A stretch of DNA of 64,000 nt from assembly GCA_030704615.1 (NCBI GenBank), contig CM060732.1, forward strand, positions 64,480,001-64,544,000, written 5' to 3'. The notes beneath the pieces are model-generated. The model was not told where the DNA came from. It did no database searches and saw only the letters and a list, made by a program, of their open reading frames with translations. The translations under genes were made by a program, and so were the position numbers. The first letter of the stretch is position 1. The number at the start of each line of letters is the position of its first letter. Positions 49,281 through 63,405 of this stretch are shown piece by piece. The DNA is from Takakia lepidozioides (Eukaryota; Plantae; Bryophyta).

Positions 49281-52251
49281 ACATGACACAATCAAATTAA
49301 GTCAGAAATCAAAGTCCAATCTCCAACACAACGTTTCAATCTCACCTGTGAACGAAACAACTAGCCTGAAGCCAAACCCTCATCATGAGTTTGCACGTTT
49401 GCACTGATGACCTCAACAGATGCAATCAACTAAAAGCTCACCTGAGCTTGGTTTTTGGTGAATTAAGGTCTCTTCTCCTTCCAGCTTCATCGCAACTGCT
49501 AACAGCGAGAGGCTCATGGAGTTCATTGTCGGAGTGTTGGCCATGCGGTGGAAATCTGAAAACAGAGAACATTGCTTCTAGTGCGCTTCTTCGACCTGGA
49601 TTCAGTTGGCAGCTATCCCCGCGGAAAAACAATCTACTCAAAAGCTTCACTAATACACCAGCTCTAAGAGCTTAAATGCAAATCGTACTTGCTAGTATGA
49701 GATCATTAGAGTACACAGCAAGAACAAACTTTTGATCTGTTATCTCTGAGCTATACTTCCATCTGTGGCTATGGCAGATTGGAGTATACTACTTTCATGG
49801 CTTGCGTTTGTAATTCTGGAGTCACAGATTCCATTCTTTGTGTTGCATTACTGCTTGCCGTAGCTTCGCACATCTGGTATTAGAAAGAGAAACAAGTAGA
49901 AAGCATGTCAATCTTTTGTTCCTAGCTCACAAAAAGAAGGTGGATTGATTTGTCCATTTCGGTTGTTCGTGAATCCTGACAGCATGCGAGCTTACGCTGA
50001 AGATAGACACTCAAGCCTCCAGAAATCTACGACAAGATCACCAAACGGTAGACGATTCTATATTAGGAGTTATTAGCTCTCTGTTGGTCGACTCATCCTG
50101 ATGCTCTCACCAAAGCTCCCTGCAAACCCCGCTGCAAACATCTAAGTTTGTCCTTTTCCAAAATTTTCCTCCTCATTTCAATCTCCGAGATTCTGAGCCA
50201 TGGCAAGCAGTTACATGCGGATGCTAAAGAACTGTGGTACATGTCATTGCTACAAAGAACGTAGCACGGGACGACTTCATGACGAATGTCCAGATTTCGA
50301 GATTCACATTGGCAGAAGAATCCGAGGAACTGCTTTCAGCCCATTCATGCCAATGAACAATTCAACAAATGAATTTGCACACCGGACACAGGTCGGGATC
50401 CATTTGAGCATTGAGGGGGGATTCAGGGATCAAAACATTGTACGAGACAAGACCACTTACCTTCACAGCAATGGTTGACAAAATTGCAGAAAGTTGGAGA
50501 CAACGTATATGAGAACGGTTTGTGCAACGAAAATCTTACAGCAAACTACAAATTCAAAGTGCATGTCCCAGTGAGGCGTTTGAAATCCCATTAAGTACTG
50601 TGTCGAATCGATGTGATGGGATATCGACATCATGAGTCATGTCGCTGTAGCACTGCACACCACTTTTGTCTGTTTTGGGTACTATCCGAGGATGCTTCCT
50701 GCAATCTAAATGTGCGTCAGATCCGAGGATGAACTCATGAGTATATTCTTCCATGGCACCCGATAAGTTAGTACGCTCCAAGTCTTGGCAGGGTGTATTT
50801 TTCGTGATCATGTGGGATCCGACGGGACCCAACGAGAACAATGACAACATCTTCTGACACTGACAACATGGTTTGCCTTTGATCATTCTACATGGTGTCC
50901 TCATCGATGGAGAAAACCAATTCACTGCATATCAATCACTCTGTGCGTTGGGACTGGAGAACAATCTGCCCAGCAATCCGCACTTGTAAGGTAGCCTACC
51001 CGAATATGTACCAACCGCTAACCCAATACCAACGGGCTTGAGAATCTTCCACGGGTCCCATCCACAAGTGGCGTGTAGTAAGGGGGTGCTTTGAGAGACT
51101 TTGCAACATGTTTAAGTCAATGGAGAAAATGTGGTCAAAGGACCTTACACCTTACAGTCAAGGCTCCCATTGTGCTGAGTCATACTCTCACCTTCCTCTT
51201 ATGTTTTGCCAAAGCAAGAGAGCGACCCAGGGACACGCAGGACACAGGTTGGAAATTTTAGTCAACAGAGCCTCGGAATGTCGACACCCGTCCGTTTGAT
51301 TATGGGTTCGCCCTTCAAGTTGTGCAGAGCTTATATACCCAATTGTGCATCGTCAGTGTCCGCAACATGAGTTTCAGGGCAAATTGGGCTCTCATCTCGC
51401 TTTTCAGAGCAGTGGATTTGGTGCAGAGTCGGCCATACCCAACGTGATTAGTCGGGGCATTCGAGTTTTGGCAATCTGGTGGAAATTGTGAAGAAAGTGA
51501 GGTTCGGCCATCCTGAATTTTTGGTTTGGATTGAATGTACCCAGCCAGGTGAGGTTTGTCAATGCAGCAAGAACGTCTTAGTCCGCACAGGTATGTAGAT
51601 TACGTATTCCTGGGTGAAGAGGATTGGGATTGATACTTCTCTGATTGAGCTTCTTGATTTCACCTAAGAGGATCCGTTCTCGTCGTAGTATGTGGTTTGC
51701 ACCATTTTCTGGCTGAGCTGCCTAATACCGGTGTACATCACTCTTGTATGGTGTGGTTTGAATGGTCGCTTCAAATTTTTGTGGAACTTCGCCTGAGGCT
51801 CCACCTTGCCTTGCAGAAAAAGAGATCGTCTACCTGCCTCAATTGCTTCACTACGTGTGCTGGAGACTTTACCCACAAAATTTGATCGACCACGTAGAGA
51901 GATTGTAACGAGGTTATATCTCGAGAGTTTTAAATTATTTCAGACCGGCCGTACACACACTCGAAGGAGATGTGAGACCTGTGCTCTTAACTACTGACAA
52001 TCCGGGTTTCTGTGTGTGCATCGCTATATTGCGAAGGTACACATTGAGCACTGAACAGAAGGTTGAAGAGAACTAGAGCAATGCGGGGTGTCCAATTCCT
52101 CCCTTATGGATTCATTAAGGTCACTCACAGAAATCGTTCCAAGATCTAGTCACTTCAGGAGGACCTAGGAAACATGAAGTGATTCTTGCTTGAGCTGACC
52201 ACAATTTGTCGACCGACTTCTAAGCCATTGCCCTTTCTATGGTACTTGCAG

Positions 52252-53988
52252 ATGTCTGAAGCTATGGCAAGCACTGATGCAACGCAGAGAATGGATCCTA
52301 TTACTCCAGAATTACAAGCGCAAGCCATGAAAGTTCTCTCCCCTCTCATCTTTGGGCTCGCAGCGGCTATGACGCTTAAGACAGCAGTCGTTCTGGGCCT
52401 CCCCGACATTATTGCAAAAGCAGGGCCCGAAGGTACACTTTCTCTACAACAAATAGCGTCCCACCTCCCCAGTGAATCTGTTGATGAGCAAGCACTTTCG
52501 CGCGTGATGAGGGCTTTGGTGCAATATGGGATCTTCTCCGCAAGACAAGTTACGGATTCCGGAAACGTTTCTGTCCGATACGGGTCCACCCCTGCTTCGA
52601 AGATGTTGGTACAGCAGAACAATCCAAAGAGTGTTGCAACTTGGGTGTTGCTTCTTAATCTCCAAAGGGTCCAGGCGCCATGGCAGCACTTTCATGAGAC
52701 TATCTTATACGGAAAGAATGCGTGGGAAATTGAGCATGGAAAGGTATGAACCCAACACATGATGTGCATTTTCCTGGTAGCTTAAGTTTTATGTCATTGG
52801 CCCAGTAGCTGTTTCTTCAGGCCCTTCCAGTTTGAATCAACTTTGTATCGTCAGTGTTATAATCTTCAACGAACAGTTCATTGTGTTTCTGCATTGTGGC
52901 AGAACTTGTGGGAATACACAGAGGATGACCAAGAATTTAAGGATCTTCTCAATGGAATGATGGGATCCAGTACTGTACAGATAGTTGATGCTATCAAGGG
53001 GTATGAGGGTTTTAAAGAGATGAAGACGCTTGTTGATGTTGGCGGTTGCGAGGGTCACACGCTTGCAAGTATTGTGGCTGCGCATCCTCACATTCACGGA
53101 ATCAACTTCGATCTGCCACATGTCATTGCTGCGGCACCTAATTTTCCTGGTATGAAATTATAATGCTTGTGCTGCAGGTCCTAGTCGCAATCTACCAATG
53201 TTTATATCTGAATTCTGGGGACATGAGAGCTGGTTATTGCGACACAAAGACTTTTAAGACTTGATTGGTGGCGTGTAAGTTTCCCCCTTCACATAAGGTT
53301 GACAATGGGAATGCTCGATCCCTCAGCGGGTGTTATTCAAGACTGCTGAAAGTCCACTTTTTAATTTCAGGAGTGGAGCACGTTGCAGGAAGTTTACTAG
53401 ACAACATACCCAGTGGTGATGCCATCCTCATGAAGGTGAGAACTATTTTTAGACTTGCAACCAGGAATTTAGCAATGATCCTTTCTGGTGTATCTATCCC
53501 TGGTACCAGAAGTGTAACTCTACATCTTGAAGATTGCATGCAGAGAGGTTCATAGATACAAGTATCGTTATCTTGAGCAAGGAGGCCTGACCAAAATTGG
53601 AGGCCACTGATAGCAAATAGTGCACATTATATAACATTATTATGGGAAGGATTTAAGACATATCGAACCATCCAATTGCATTGTGCAGAATGTCATGCAT
53701 CTATTTGGCGATGAGCCCTGCCTCAAAATCCTTGAGAATTGCAAGAAGGCACTACCAGTCAATGGGAAAGTACTAATTTACGATCCAATAATACCATCTG
53801 TGGTGGAAGGAAGTAATAGTCCATACAAAGGTGTGACTCCTATAATGGATCTGTTATTGTTGGTCCACGCTGGAGGCGTTGATCGGACAGAAGAGGAATG
53901 GAGAAAACTATTGTCTGATGGTGGATTTACGAGGGTCAGGTTTCTTTACTTTGAACCTCAACACTGGTTGATTGAAGCATGTCAGTGA
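52252..53988 (+). CDS. COMT-like O-methyltransferase, copy 2
   Basis: Exons 52252-52743, 52903-53149, 53371-53435 and 53689-53988; intact. Differs from copy 1 by S>P (AGSEG/AGPEG). Confidence 0.95.
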
Positions 53989-54613
53989 CCTTCTCTTGTC
54001 ATGGGAGTGATGACTACTGTTGAAGGCTCAGAAATAGGACGCTGAAGCAAATGCTCAGTCAATGAGTACCAGATGAATGACGGGTTGGCATAGGGATGAA
54101 ATGTGAGATCAAGTTATCATTGATGGGATGAAATCGCGGAAATAAAGGAGATGCAGCAGTAATTTAGGAATAGGGTGGCCATATTAAATATTAGCAAGTG
54201 GCATGCAGCTAAAAGAGTGGTTGAGAAACAAAACACGTGAGAATCGTATGTTTTTAGAAGTTGATGGGCCTGTGGCACAGAGGGGGATAAGACCTGGTGG
54301 CCGCCATACTTGATGTCCAAAAGCTGTAGGATCTTAAATATTGTTGACTTGCTATTTAATAATCATGTGAAGGAGACGGCGAGATAAGGTGGAGTTAGGG
54401 ATCAGCCCAAGTATAAGAGTAGTGGAGACTGGATGGTGATCTCTCTCTTTAATCAACTTTCAAGCACAGAAAGACTATGAACACACTGAAGATAATTTCA
54501 TAACAAAGTTCTTCTTGAACTCTTGGTATACAACAGAGGGTTCGAACAGGCAGAGCCCAATTGTGACACTTCTGACTAGCTTATAGATGTGTATGGATAA
54601 GTGTGGTATTGAC

Positions 54614-56625
54614 CAGTGTTGGACTAGTATCGTATTTTGAACACACCAGGCTGGTACTGGTATATAGGCCTCCGGCCAATTGTGATACCAGGGAGGTACT
54701 GGTATTGGCAAAAATATGAGATATGGATACCAAGTATCAATAATACCTGATTGGTGTGGTGTTTTACGGGTATCAATAGCAATAGTTTTCAGAAATCGAT
54801 ACCAGGGTATTATCCGGTGTTGGGCGGTTACCCGCCTGGACCCAGGTTAACCGCCGGTTCAGGTTCAGGTTAACCGGAACCGGACCGCAACCGGAACCTG
54901 CCAATGGGGATGGGCGCAGAATCGAACCGGCGGTTCCTGCTGGGTGTGAGAACCGGAGAAACGGGGCGCACTGGGATAAAAACAGGTTCCGGTTCTTGAC
55001 CCCTTGGTGGGGCTGGTGGCCCAGGGCAAAACTTATTTAATGCTCTCAAGCTCCTGAGATCTTGGGTTCAATGCTTGAAGGCCATGAGATTCTATGTTCA
55101 ATGCTTCAGCGCAATGAGATCTTGGGTTCAATCTCCAGCTCCATGATATCCTGGCTAAGTTCATTAATAAAATATTTGAAGATGCCAATACTTGCCGGGT
55201 AGCTGAATAGTACTTTCAGCCCATAAAATTTTACCCATTTTCTTCTACCAGTTTATTTAGAGTATTTTTGTTTGTTTTTTTGTGTTAGTGAAAACTAACA
55301 AAATCGTTGGATTTTAGTTCAAATATGTGAATACACTGCTATTTAATCTACCGGACTGATAAAATATTTTAAATCTAATTAAATTAAACAAATATATGTT
55401 TAAAATAGAACCGGAACCTAACTGGAACCGATGGTTTTTATCAGCAACTAACCGGTAACCGGAACCGCCCCCATGTTTAAAAGTTGGATCCGGAACCGGA
55501 CCGGAACCGGCTCAATAAAAAAAAACCGGAACCGGATCCGGAACCGTCTCTTGAAATAATTGTGGAACCGGAACCGAAGGTTTCTTCACAAATGCAAGAA
55601 CCGCCCAACACTGGTATTATCCATACTGGTATGGTATAAGAAAAACTCATGATATGTTAAATATTGAAAGGCCCACTTCTCATATAAATGTGTACAAGCA
55701 TGCTTCTCATTGATTTTATTCCTCAAAGTATTCCTCAAGTTCCTCAAAGTATTGATACCTAGGTTTTCTTCACAAATATGGATATGGTACTGGTATCAGG
55801 TACCAGATTTTCAAACCCACCGGACTGGTAGGGTATCGTCCACAATATTGGGAAGCAGATACCAGGCGGGTATATGCTAGGTAGTGGTCTCATGTGATAT
55901 CAGACTGGTCTGGTACTTCATACCAATATACATACCAATATTGATACCAATTTCTTATGGGTATACCAATCCAACACTGGGTATTGACCAGTGTTGTAGG
56001 GATACGTCCATTTTAACATACCAAACTGTTAATGGTAGGTCCAACTTGGCTCTTGGGTCCAACTGGTAGGGCCCGGGGTAGATTAAGACTGTCCGGTAGG
56101 TTATAGGATGGGTATGGGTATTTCCAATTCTGAGATACCCCGGTCCAGGCATGGGTATGGCAAAAACTCAAATGACATATAGGTGGAGCATATGGGGGGA
56201 GCATGTGCAATGGTATGATATACCCCAACAGTCATCATATTGTATTCAAAGCTGAAATTAAAACCAAATTGAGGACAACATACAAAAGGTAAAAGAAAAT
56301 TGCAATCACACATACCCATGCAAACTAATTTGTATTGCTTATAAATTAGTGAAGGTCTTTGTATTGTAAGGTTGGATTGTAACAATTGGGAGAAAAGCTC
56401 GATGCCATGATTAAAACTGAAGAAATCCTGCATATTGTACCTTGTATGCTGATCATTGTATGCCATACCTTCTACCCCTATTATATCATTACACATACCC
56501 ATGCTAGCTTGGGTTCATCAATCCTCAATACGGGTCTCAAGCGGAGTATGAAAGTAGTTCATACTTAGATTGGTATGGTAGGTAGGGGGGTAGGTCCAGT
56601 ACTGGCACATACCAATACAACAGTG
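54614..56625. mobile_element. Duplicate of the hAT MITE stack (A 54614-55979, nested C 54815-55613, B 55989-56625)
   Basis: Same TIRs and TSDs as 14715-16721. Confidence 0.85.
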
Positions 56626-58541
56626 GTATTGACGCGCACGCGTTTTTAGTGCAAAATTAATGCGAAATCGGTGAATACTAATAGCGTAGTCAATTTTGCA
56701 TTAAAAACGTCAATATGTCGCACGTTAAACATGTTAATATCACACATACCTATGCATCATGGCATTCATGCCCATCCTATTGATGATGCGTGGAGCAAGT
56801 TTGTGATAAGGCTATTAATAGGACGTCGATGGAATTTTTGGACTAGTAGCATTCGAGAAGAGCCCCTGCTATCGGATATAGCAGGAGCCAGGACGGTGGC
56901 GAGGTGTTATGGCGACTTGCTATATCCGGTAGCAGGGGCTCCTCTCGAGCGCTACCGGACATAACCGGCTTTTAGGGCAGTGAGCCAATGTTTACCCTTG
57001 TACGTATCTACCACCACGTTTGTGCCTATGTACCTACCTCCTCGTTCCTATCTAGACTCTCGCGTTTCGTGGAGATTTTTGTGGTGCTTCTGAAATGGAA
57101 GGGAGAAAATCTATCAAATCTTCAGGTGGACCGAGAGCTTCTCATGTTACTAATGGTGTCTATCAAGCTTTATCAGTTGCTGGAAGTGGCGATTGTAGTA
57201 AGTCTGCAGATGTACATGATCAGGCGTCTATTGACTTACATTACAATAATGTTGATGTTGAGGGGAGCGATTCTAATAAAAGGAAGTGCATCCTTGTATT
57301 GGTCAGCCACCACACCCTGTCCGAGGTGTTATGAGGTCGGGTGATGATTCTCTCTTGATCGATGCTTCTACTGCATCTTGTGGCTTAACAGTTGAACCAT
57401 GTTCTTTAGTCACAAATGATATTGTTCAAGTTACATCAAGTTCTTCATCTACTACAGGTGTTTCCAACCCTAGTAGAGGGTAGCTTTATACCTCAAACAA
57501 CCTATTCATGGAAATGGCTTGAATTCAGCCACGGATGACATATACTACAGACATATATTACACTAGTTGGCCTCCATTTTTCAAAATTGTATGTAACTTG
57601 GAGACCCATAAAATGACAATACACTGTTTCATTTTTATAAAACAGAATAAACAACAATGTTCAGTGCAGTCCGTTGTGTATATTTGTTGTGGTATGATCT
57701 TTGTTTGAACGGGGAATGCTTGCGCGTGAGCCTGTGAGCTTGGCTAGGCTCACGCCACGTCAGCAAGCATCCACGTGTTCAGGCCCTATTTCCGTGCCCC
57801 CCCCTATTACCGCGGATCAACTGTCGCCTATGTCCTAATTTTGTATCCCTCTTCATTGCCCCCACATGAATATTCTTTGTGGCCGAGAACAATGGCAGGT
57901 TTGCGGATGAATTATGATTGAGGTCATGACTTTGGAATGAGGAGATCGCCCACTAGAGAACTGAATATTAAAAGCAAAAAAAAATTCTTGGCAAAGCAGT
58001 ACATTCATTCCAACACACAAACATTTTTCAATTCCGCAATCCGAAGACCTACCCTAGGCAATCCCTAACTGTACTTACGGGAACGCGCAAAGAACTTGAA
58101 AAACAGTTTGGGGATGGAAGCAAAACCAAAACACAATTTATTGAGCCTCGGTACTTGAACCTAAAGAAATATTGGAGGTTTCAGAGATACCACTTCCAGA
58201 GTTTACAGCAATATCATTTATGAATACAGCAGCACATCCATGACGTTTTTTTTTTCCAAGACCTTCATGGAGATGCGAATACAGTGTTTGTTCGGATAAC
58301 ACCCGTGCGCAAGCTTCCGCGTAAACCGGCAAGCGGTTGGATCTAGGGGGACTCGGGGACATGTAGTATCCTTGGAAACCGAAAGGTGTCTGCTGATTCG
58401 ATGACTGGTGCCGAACTCTGAAAAGCAAGAAGAGGAATGGTGGTAGATGTTAACATCCAGATATAGACAATGTAAGCCACTATTTGTCGAACGGGAACGA
58501 CACAAGGAAATGCAACATATTTTGCACGACTACAGAAGAAC

Positions 58542-61500
58542 TTACTCACACTCAAAATCGGAGTCCACGTCCAGATCCTCGTCAGGCGCTTCGGGCTCCT
58601 CCAGAAGTCCCTCTGTGGATGGGGTAGAAGTAGTGCCCGACTCAAGCTGACGAAGCTCGCTTGAGAAGAGCTCCGTATCAGCTTCCATGCCGAGGAAGTG
58701 CCTTCCGGCGCTCTTGCAAGCATGAAAACATGCTCCTGCAAATCCAAGAAGAACGAGAAATAAAAACAGGGTTTCCCTAAGGTCACTGCCCATATGTCAA
58801 ACACAATGTGAAGGGCCCCACCTGTGCCCATAGACAAGTCAACCACCCGCCCACCATGACGGCTGCATGTCTCCACCAAAGTCTGCATGAAAGCTGGAGA
58901 TTTCTCCCGTGCACCTCTCCAAGGGACACCAATCGACCTTTTCATAGTTCGACCCGAGTTGACGTAATTGAAGATAACATCATCCTCCACAGGCTCGCAA
59001 GTGGGGTCAATGTGAGCTGCAAGGTCCCTCAACTGAAACTCAGCAACACCAGGAGGAAGAATGTCATTCCGCCTCACCAGGCACAAAGCTTCGAACACCC
59101 GTGTCTGTCAATAATCACGAAGAGAGCATGAGACAGAAGACATAACCCACCATTTTGATTTACCGAAAAACCACGAAACATCAATTGAAAGGAACCAACT
59201 CACTTTCTGCCCCGGGAACTCGCCCTTCGTAAGAGGCAGAGTATTGATGCATGTCCAAGTTTTGATGACACGAAACCCGGAAGCTTTCATGTAGCTGAAA
59301 AGAGTTCTTCGAGCCGACATGTCCTTTGACTGCATGGGAAGAAGAGCCCCCGAGTCTGAAAGGAATTTGTTGCTGAACGAGAAAGCCCACTGCCAGTAAT
59401 GAGAATCCGATTTGTTCCAAGTCGGGGTCGAATTGGAAGGGAACACATCAGGGACAGGAAAACCGTCAGGAATGTCCAGCACCACAAGGTCAATCGCATA
59501 TGCCTGCTGAACTCCATTCACCCATTCCGGACTTTTTGTGACCTACAGCAAAAAAACAGGTGACAGTGTAAGAAGCCCAATCCAAATCTAACAGGAGATC
59601 AATCCCCTGGACAAGCCACAACAAGTTGCCAAAACACAATTATTCATACAACAGTTTAGACATAAGTGCTTACCTGAGTGAGGAACGAAACAAGCATGTC
59701 CCATGATTTCGAGGGCACCCCTTTGAATGTGGACTTCCTGGACTCCATCATTGCAAGAAAACTTTTATTCAGCACCTTACGATTGAACTGGCCCAAAACC
59801 CTGGAGGGATGTTCTCTCGCCTCGAAAACTTGCTCCCTCGGCTTTTATGTTCTCCTATCCCTCCTTGTGGGAGAAGGCTGTCTTTCAGGAACCTCTGACG
59901 GTCCCTGTCCTTGCGGAGCTGCACTTTTCCCCTTCCCCTTCGGATCCCCAAGAATCTTCCCCTTTCGTTTTGGAGTAGCCGTTTTCTCGGGCTCTTTTGC
60001 AGCCAGAGCAGAAATGATTCTGTCCTGGATGTCTTTGTCAGCCAATGGGGCAATTGCTGCGGCATTGTCGTTCAGGTTTCTCAAAACAACTTCATCGAAT
60101 GGTGTGTCCTGTTTTGGCAGGTCGAGGTACCACCCACAGTCTCTGAAGTGCGCCCTGCTCCAGTCTCTGGCAATACCAGCCGTGTACATTGTCTTGTCAT
60201 TGGAGGGGTCAGCCCATGAATAGATGAAGTCTGGGTCATCGCTAAGGTACTTTCCCGGTATGAGGATATGATACATATACCTGAATTACACACCAAAAAC
60301 CCAGACAGTCATTCGATCTGAAAATGAAAAAGAACACACATCCGGAAAAAGATATTGAAATGCAGGAAGGCAACACTCAGAAAATGAACTTTTGCAATCC
60401 CGAATCAACCTTGCGTTGACGCAATGTTGATTCAAGCAGAAATGGGAAACACCAAATGATAATGTTGTATTGATAGAGACAACGACTGACAAGCGCAATT
60501 CAACATTGCTTCAAAGCAAGGTTGTTTTCATTCACAGAGGAAATGAAAAACACTGCTTGAAAACTACCATGTGACTATGTACTGGTGCGGATATTCAACA
60601 TTGCGTTGGCGCAATGTTGAAATCCTCTGTTGAAACACATGTCAATGGTATCTGATAATCATAAGTTTCCTACAATTGTATGGAAATCGGGAGATTGCTG
60701 CGGGACATTTCCAGCAATCCATACCGCCAAACAACGTTGCGTCAACGCAAAGATGTTTGTTGGTATAGTGAAAGCTGTAAATAGCATTTCAAACATACTC
60801 CAAACAGCCTTATGTTCATCTTGGCAGCATTGGAAATGGATTTGAACTACCCAAAACCATAGGAAAAGCTATATAGCCTACCACTTCATCAACCTTGCGT
60901 TGACGCAAGGCTGATTTTCCTGTCAGTTTATCCCTTTTCACATGCAGAAAAATGGCATTATGGGATACCCTGGTATAGGTAACTGAAACCAGGACAATGG
61001 GATACAACCTTGCGTTAACGCAATGTTGCTCGACTGCACATGCAGAGCCCTCAGAGATCCCTCAAAGCCCTGCAAATTCGCAATTCTTTATGGAAAGAAC
61101 GACACGACACAAGAATGCAGAAACATACCCTTCAAGTACCAAATTTGATTTAAGGAGGTCACACCTGTACAACACTCGTTTCATTGCTTGCTCGCTGTTG
61201 TACTGGTTTTTGAATTCGTACGACCTGGGGATTCCTTTGTCTTTGTCAAACTCCCTGAAGAAGCAGTTTTTCCAAACAGCGAGCTTTCATCTCCTGATGT
61301 AGGCCTCCAGTGTGATCCGAGGCAAGCCATCTGGATTTTATAGTCTGCCATCGACTCAGCAAGTGCAGCCACTGCACGTTTTTCCAACTGCAATAAGAAA
61401 GCTCATGAGAATTTGGGAGAGGTTACGGAGCAACACAAATGTCTGAAAATGGTTTGGTGGAAACCTTACCTGGCTCCAGAATATGGCTTTGTGTAGCCAC

Positions 61501-62867
61501 TGGTCGAATGTGTGATCGCTAACAACTTTTATTGCTTGTGTCTTCGGGTCCCTCTCTGGAGTTGGGAACATGTTCGTGTCTCTCACAAGAGGATCCGAAT
61601 TCCATATCTCCAACCACTTGATTTTGGTTGCATTGTCCACCATTGAAATGGAAAGGCGATGTAGTTTCTCTTGAGTCATTTCTGGCTTGGAGCCATACTT
61701 GTCATAGTGTGCTTTCACCTGCTCCAGAAATTCCGTGCCAAGACCTGGATCTGCTATCCGGATTTGTTTGTCGAATGCACTCATGAGGTTCTTCCTTTGA
61801 TTATTCATCTCAAACTTCATCATGTCCTCAAGCCCAGTTGCAGACCGCTGCTCTTCTGTGTGGGAATCATAGTACTCTACTTTCGCCTTCAAACCAGTTT
61901 CTGCTATTTTTTGCTCCATACATTACAGGTAAAAAGAATCAAACACTGGCGTTTCTTCACAAAATTTGCAGTAACAACAGGCAAACACGTGTCAAGAAGC
62001 TTACAGTGTACATGTAGTCAAGAAAAGCCTCCCTTGTCAAGCTGTACCATGTGCTTGTCTTCTTCTCAGCACACCTCTTCATCTGTTGAGGACTGAGCAC
62101 GTTCATGAATGACTCCAGTGGCATCAGCCCTACCTTCTGGATGCGGAATAGAGTGTGGCACAGATTGGTCGTCACATGCAATGTTTCATTGGACCTGGAA
62201 AAACCTTCAACTCATAAGATGATTTCAAATTGTCGAAACGCGGAACAAACACAAAGTTGGAAACTTACTTGTTTATGTCGTGCATGGCTGTCAAGAGCTG
62301 TGTGACACGTCCTTTGTGATCGAGAACCATGGAAACCACGCTCCAGTGCCATTCGATCTCGTCCGAGTGCAAGCTTGAAATGTAATCCATCCAGGCAAGC
62401 AGTCTGTGGTTCCCATCCCAGACAAAAAACATCTTTCCCATGAATGCTTTTGTGGAGGCCTTTTTGGACAGCTTAAACTCGAACTCCCTGTTTACATCCC
62501 GCCAGCATGCATCCCAACTTTGCTCAATGTCCTCTGTTACAAGACACTCCTCTCCTTTCGTGTTCATAGTGGATACGTAGAACACTGCTGATCCCTTGAC
62601 ATAGCCATGAACAAAGTCGTTCTTCAACTTCGTTATATCATTCCTCAATGCCGGTCGAACAGCGGGCATGGAGATCATCCTGCACAGCGGAATGACCAGG
62701 TTTCCGCCGGGAACCTCCATCGACAGAATCACCTTCGACGAGTTCACTTTTTGCCCACCCATTATCTCCTCGGCCTTGTCTTCATAGTGTCCCTCCAATG
62801 AGTCTTCCTCACCTTCACCTTCTGACGCAGCCAAATCTTCCCCCTCGGATTTCCTTTTTCTTTTCCT
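58542..62867 (-). pseudogene. ParB-like/N6-N4 MTase cargo gene, copy 2 (collinear, lacks exon 1)
   Basis: Intact ParB exon (AVRP...FFVWDGNHRLLAW...LLTAMHDIN). MTase motifs in beta order: IDLVVLDIPDG (about 59494-59462), KFLSDSGALL, GFRVIKTW, REKSPAFMQTLV, GGRVVDLSMGTG, GRHFLGMEAD. TAA at 59845. Confidence 0.82.
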
Positions 62868-63405
62868 CTGCACACAATGAATACTCTGTGAGTGACAGAT
62901 TGAGCTCCGATGGATCAACCTTGCTTTGACGCAAGGTTGATTGATGGGGATGTAGTTTAGACTGAAAAGCATACAGGAAAAACTTTTGAACCCAAAAAAT
63001 GCTTTGCGTTGACGTAGGGTTCTTTTGGGAGCTTCAAATAATCAACTTTCCCTACCTTACAGTACAGGGTATGAGAGTTCGGACGCTTCGATTGAACAAA
63101 AAAGGCATCAAAACCAGCCTTGCGTCAACGCAAGGTTGATTCATGTGCGGCATCTGTTCGTTTCACCAGAAGTTCTAAGCATATACTATAGAGGTCGGCA
63201 TCAACCTTGCGTTGACGCAAGGTTGATTGCGAGCTCTCGGATCGGGGTTCAACAAACAAAATATCTACAGGAAAAGGAGATTGTTGTCTCTGCTTCTTCT
63301 TTGCAATTGATGATGTGAGGACGCCAAAAACTCCGCTCCCACACAACCTGCATTCAGAAGCACCATCGGACTGTGAACTCTACTTTCTGAAGCAACATCG
63401 ACATA

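Noticed and set aside
49385-50660. ORFs between the DnaJ pseudogene and duplication copy 2
   Set aside because: No recognisable homology or consistent exon structure.
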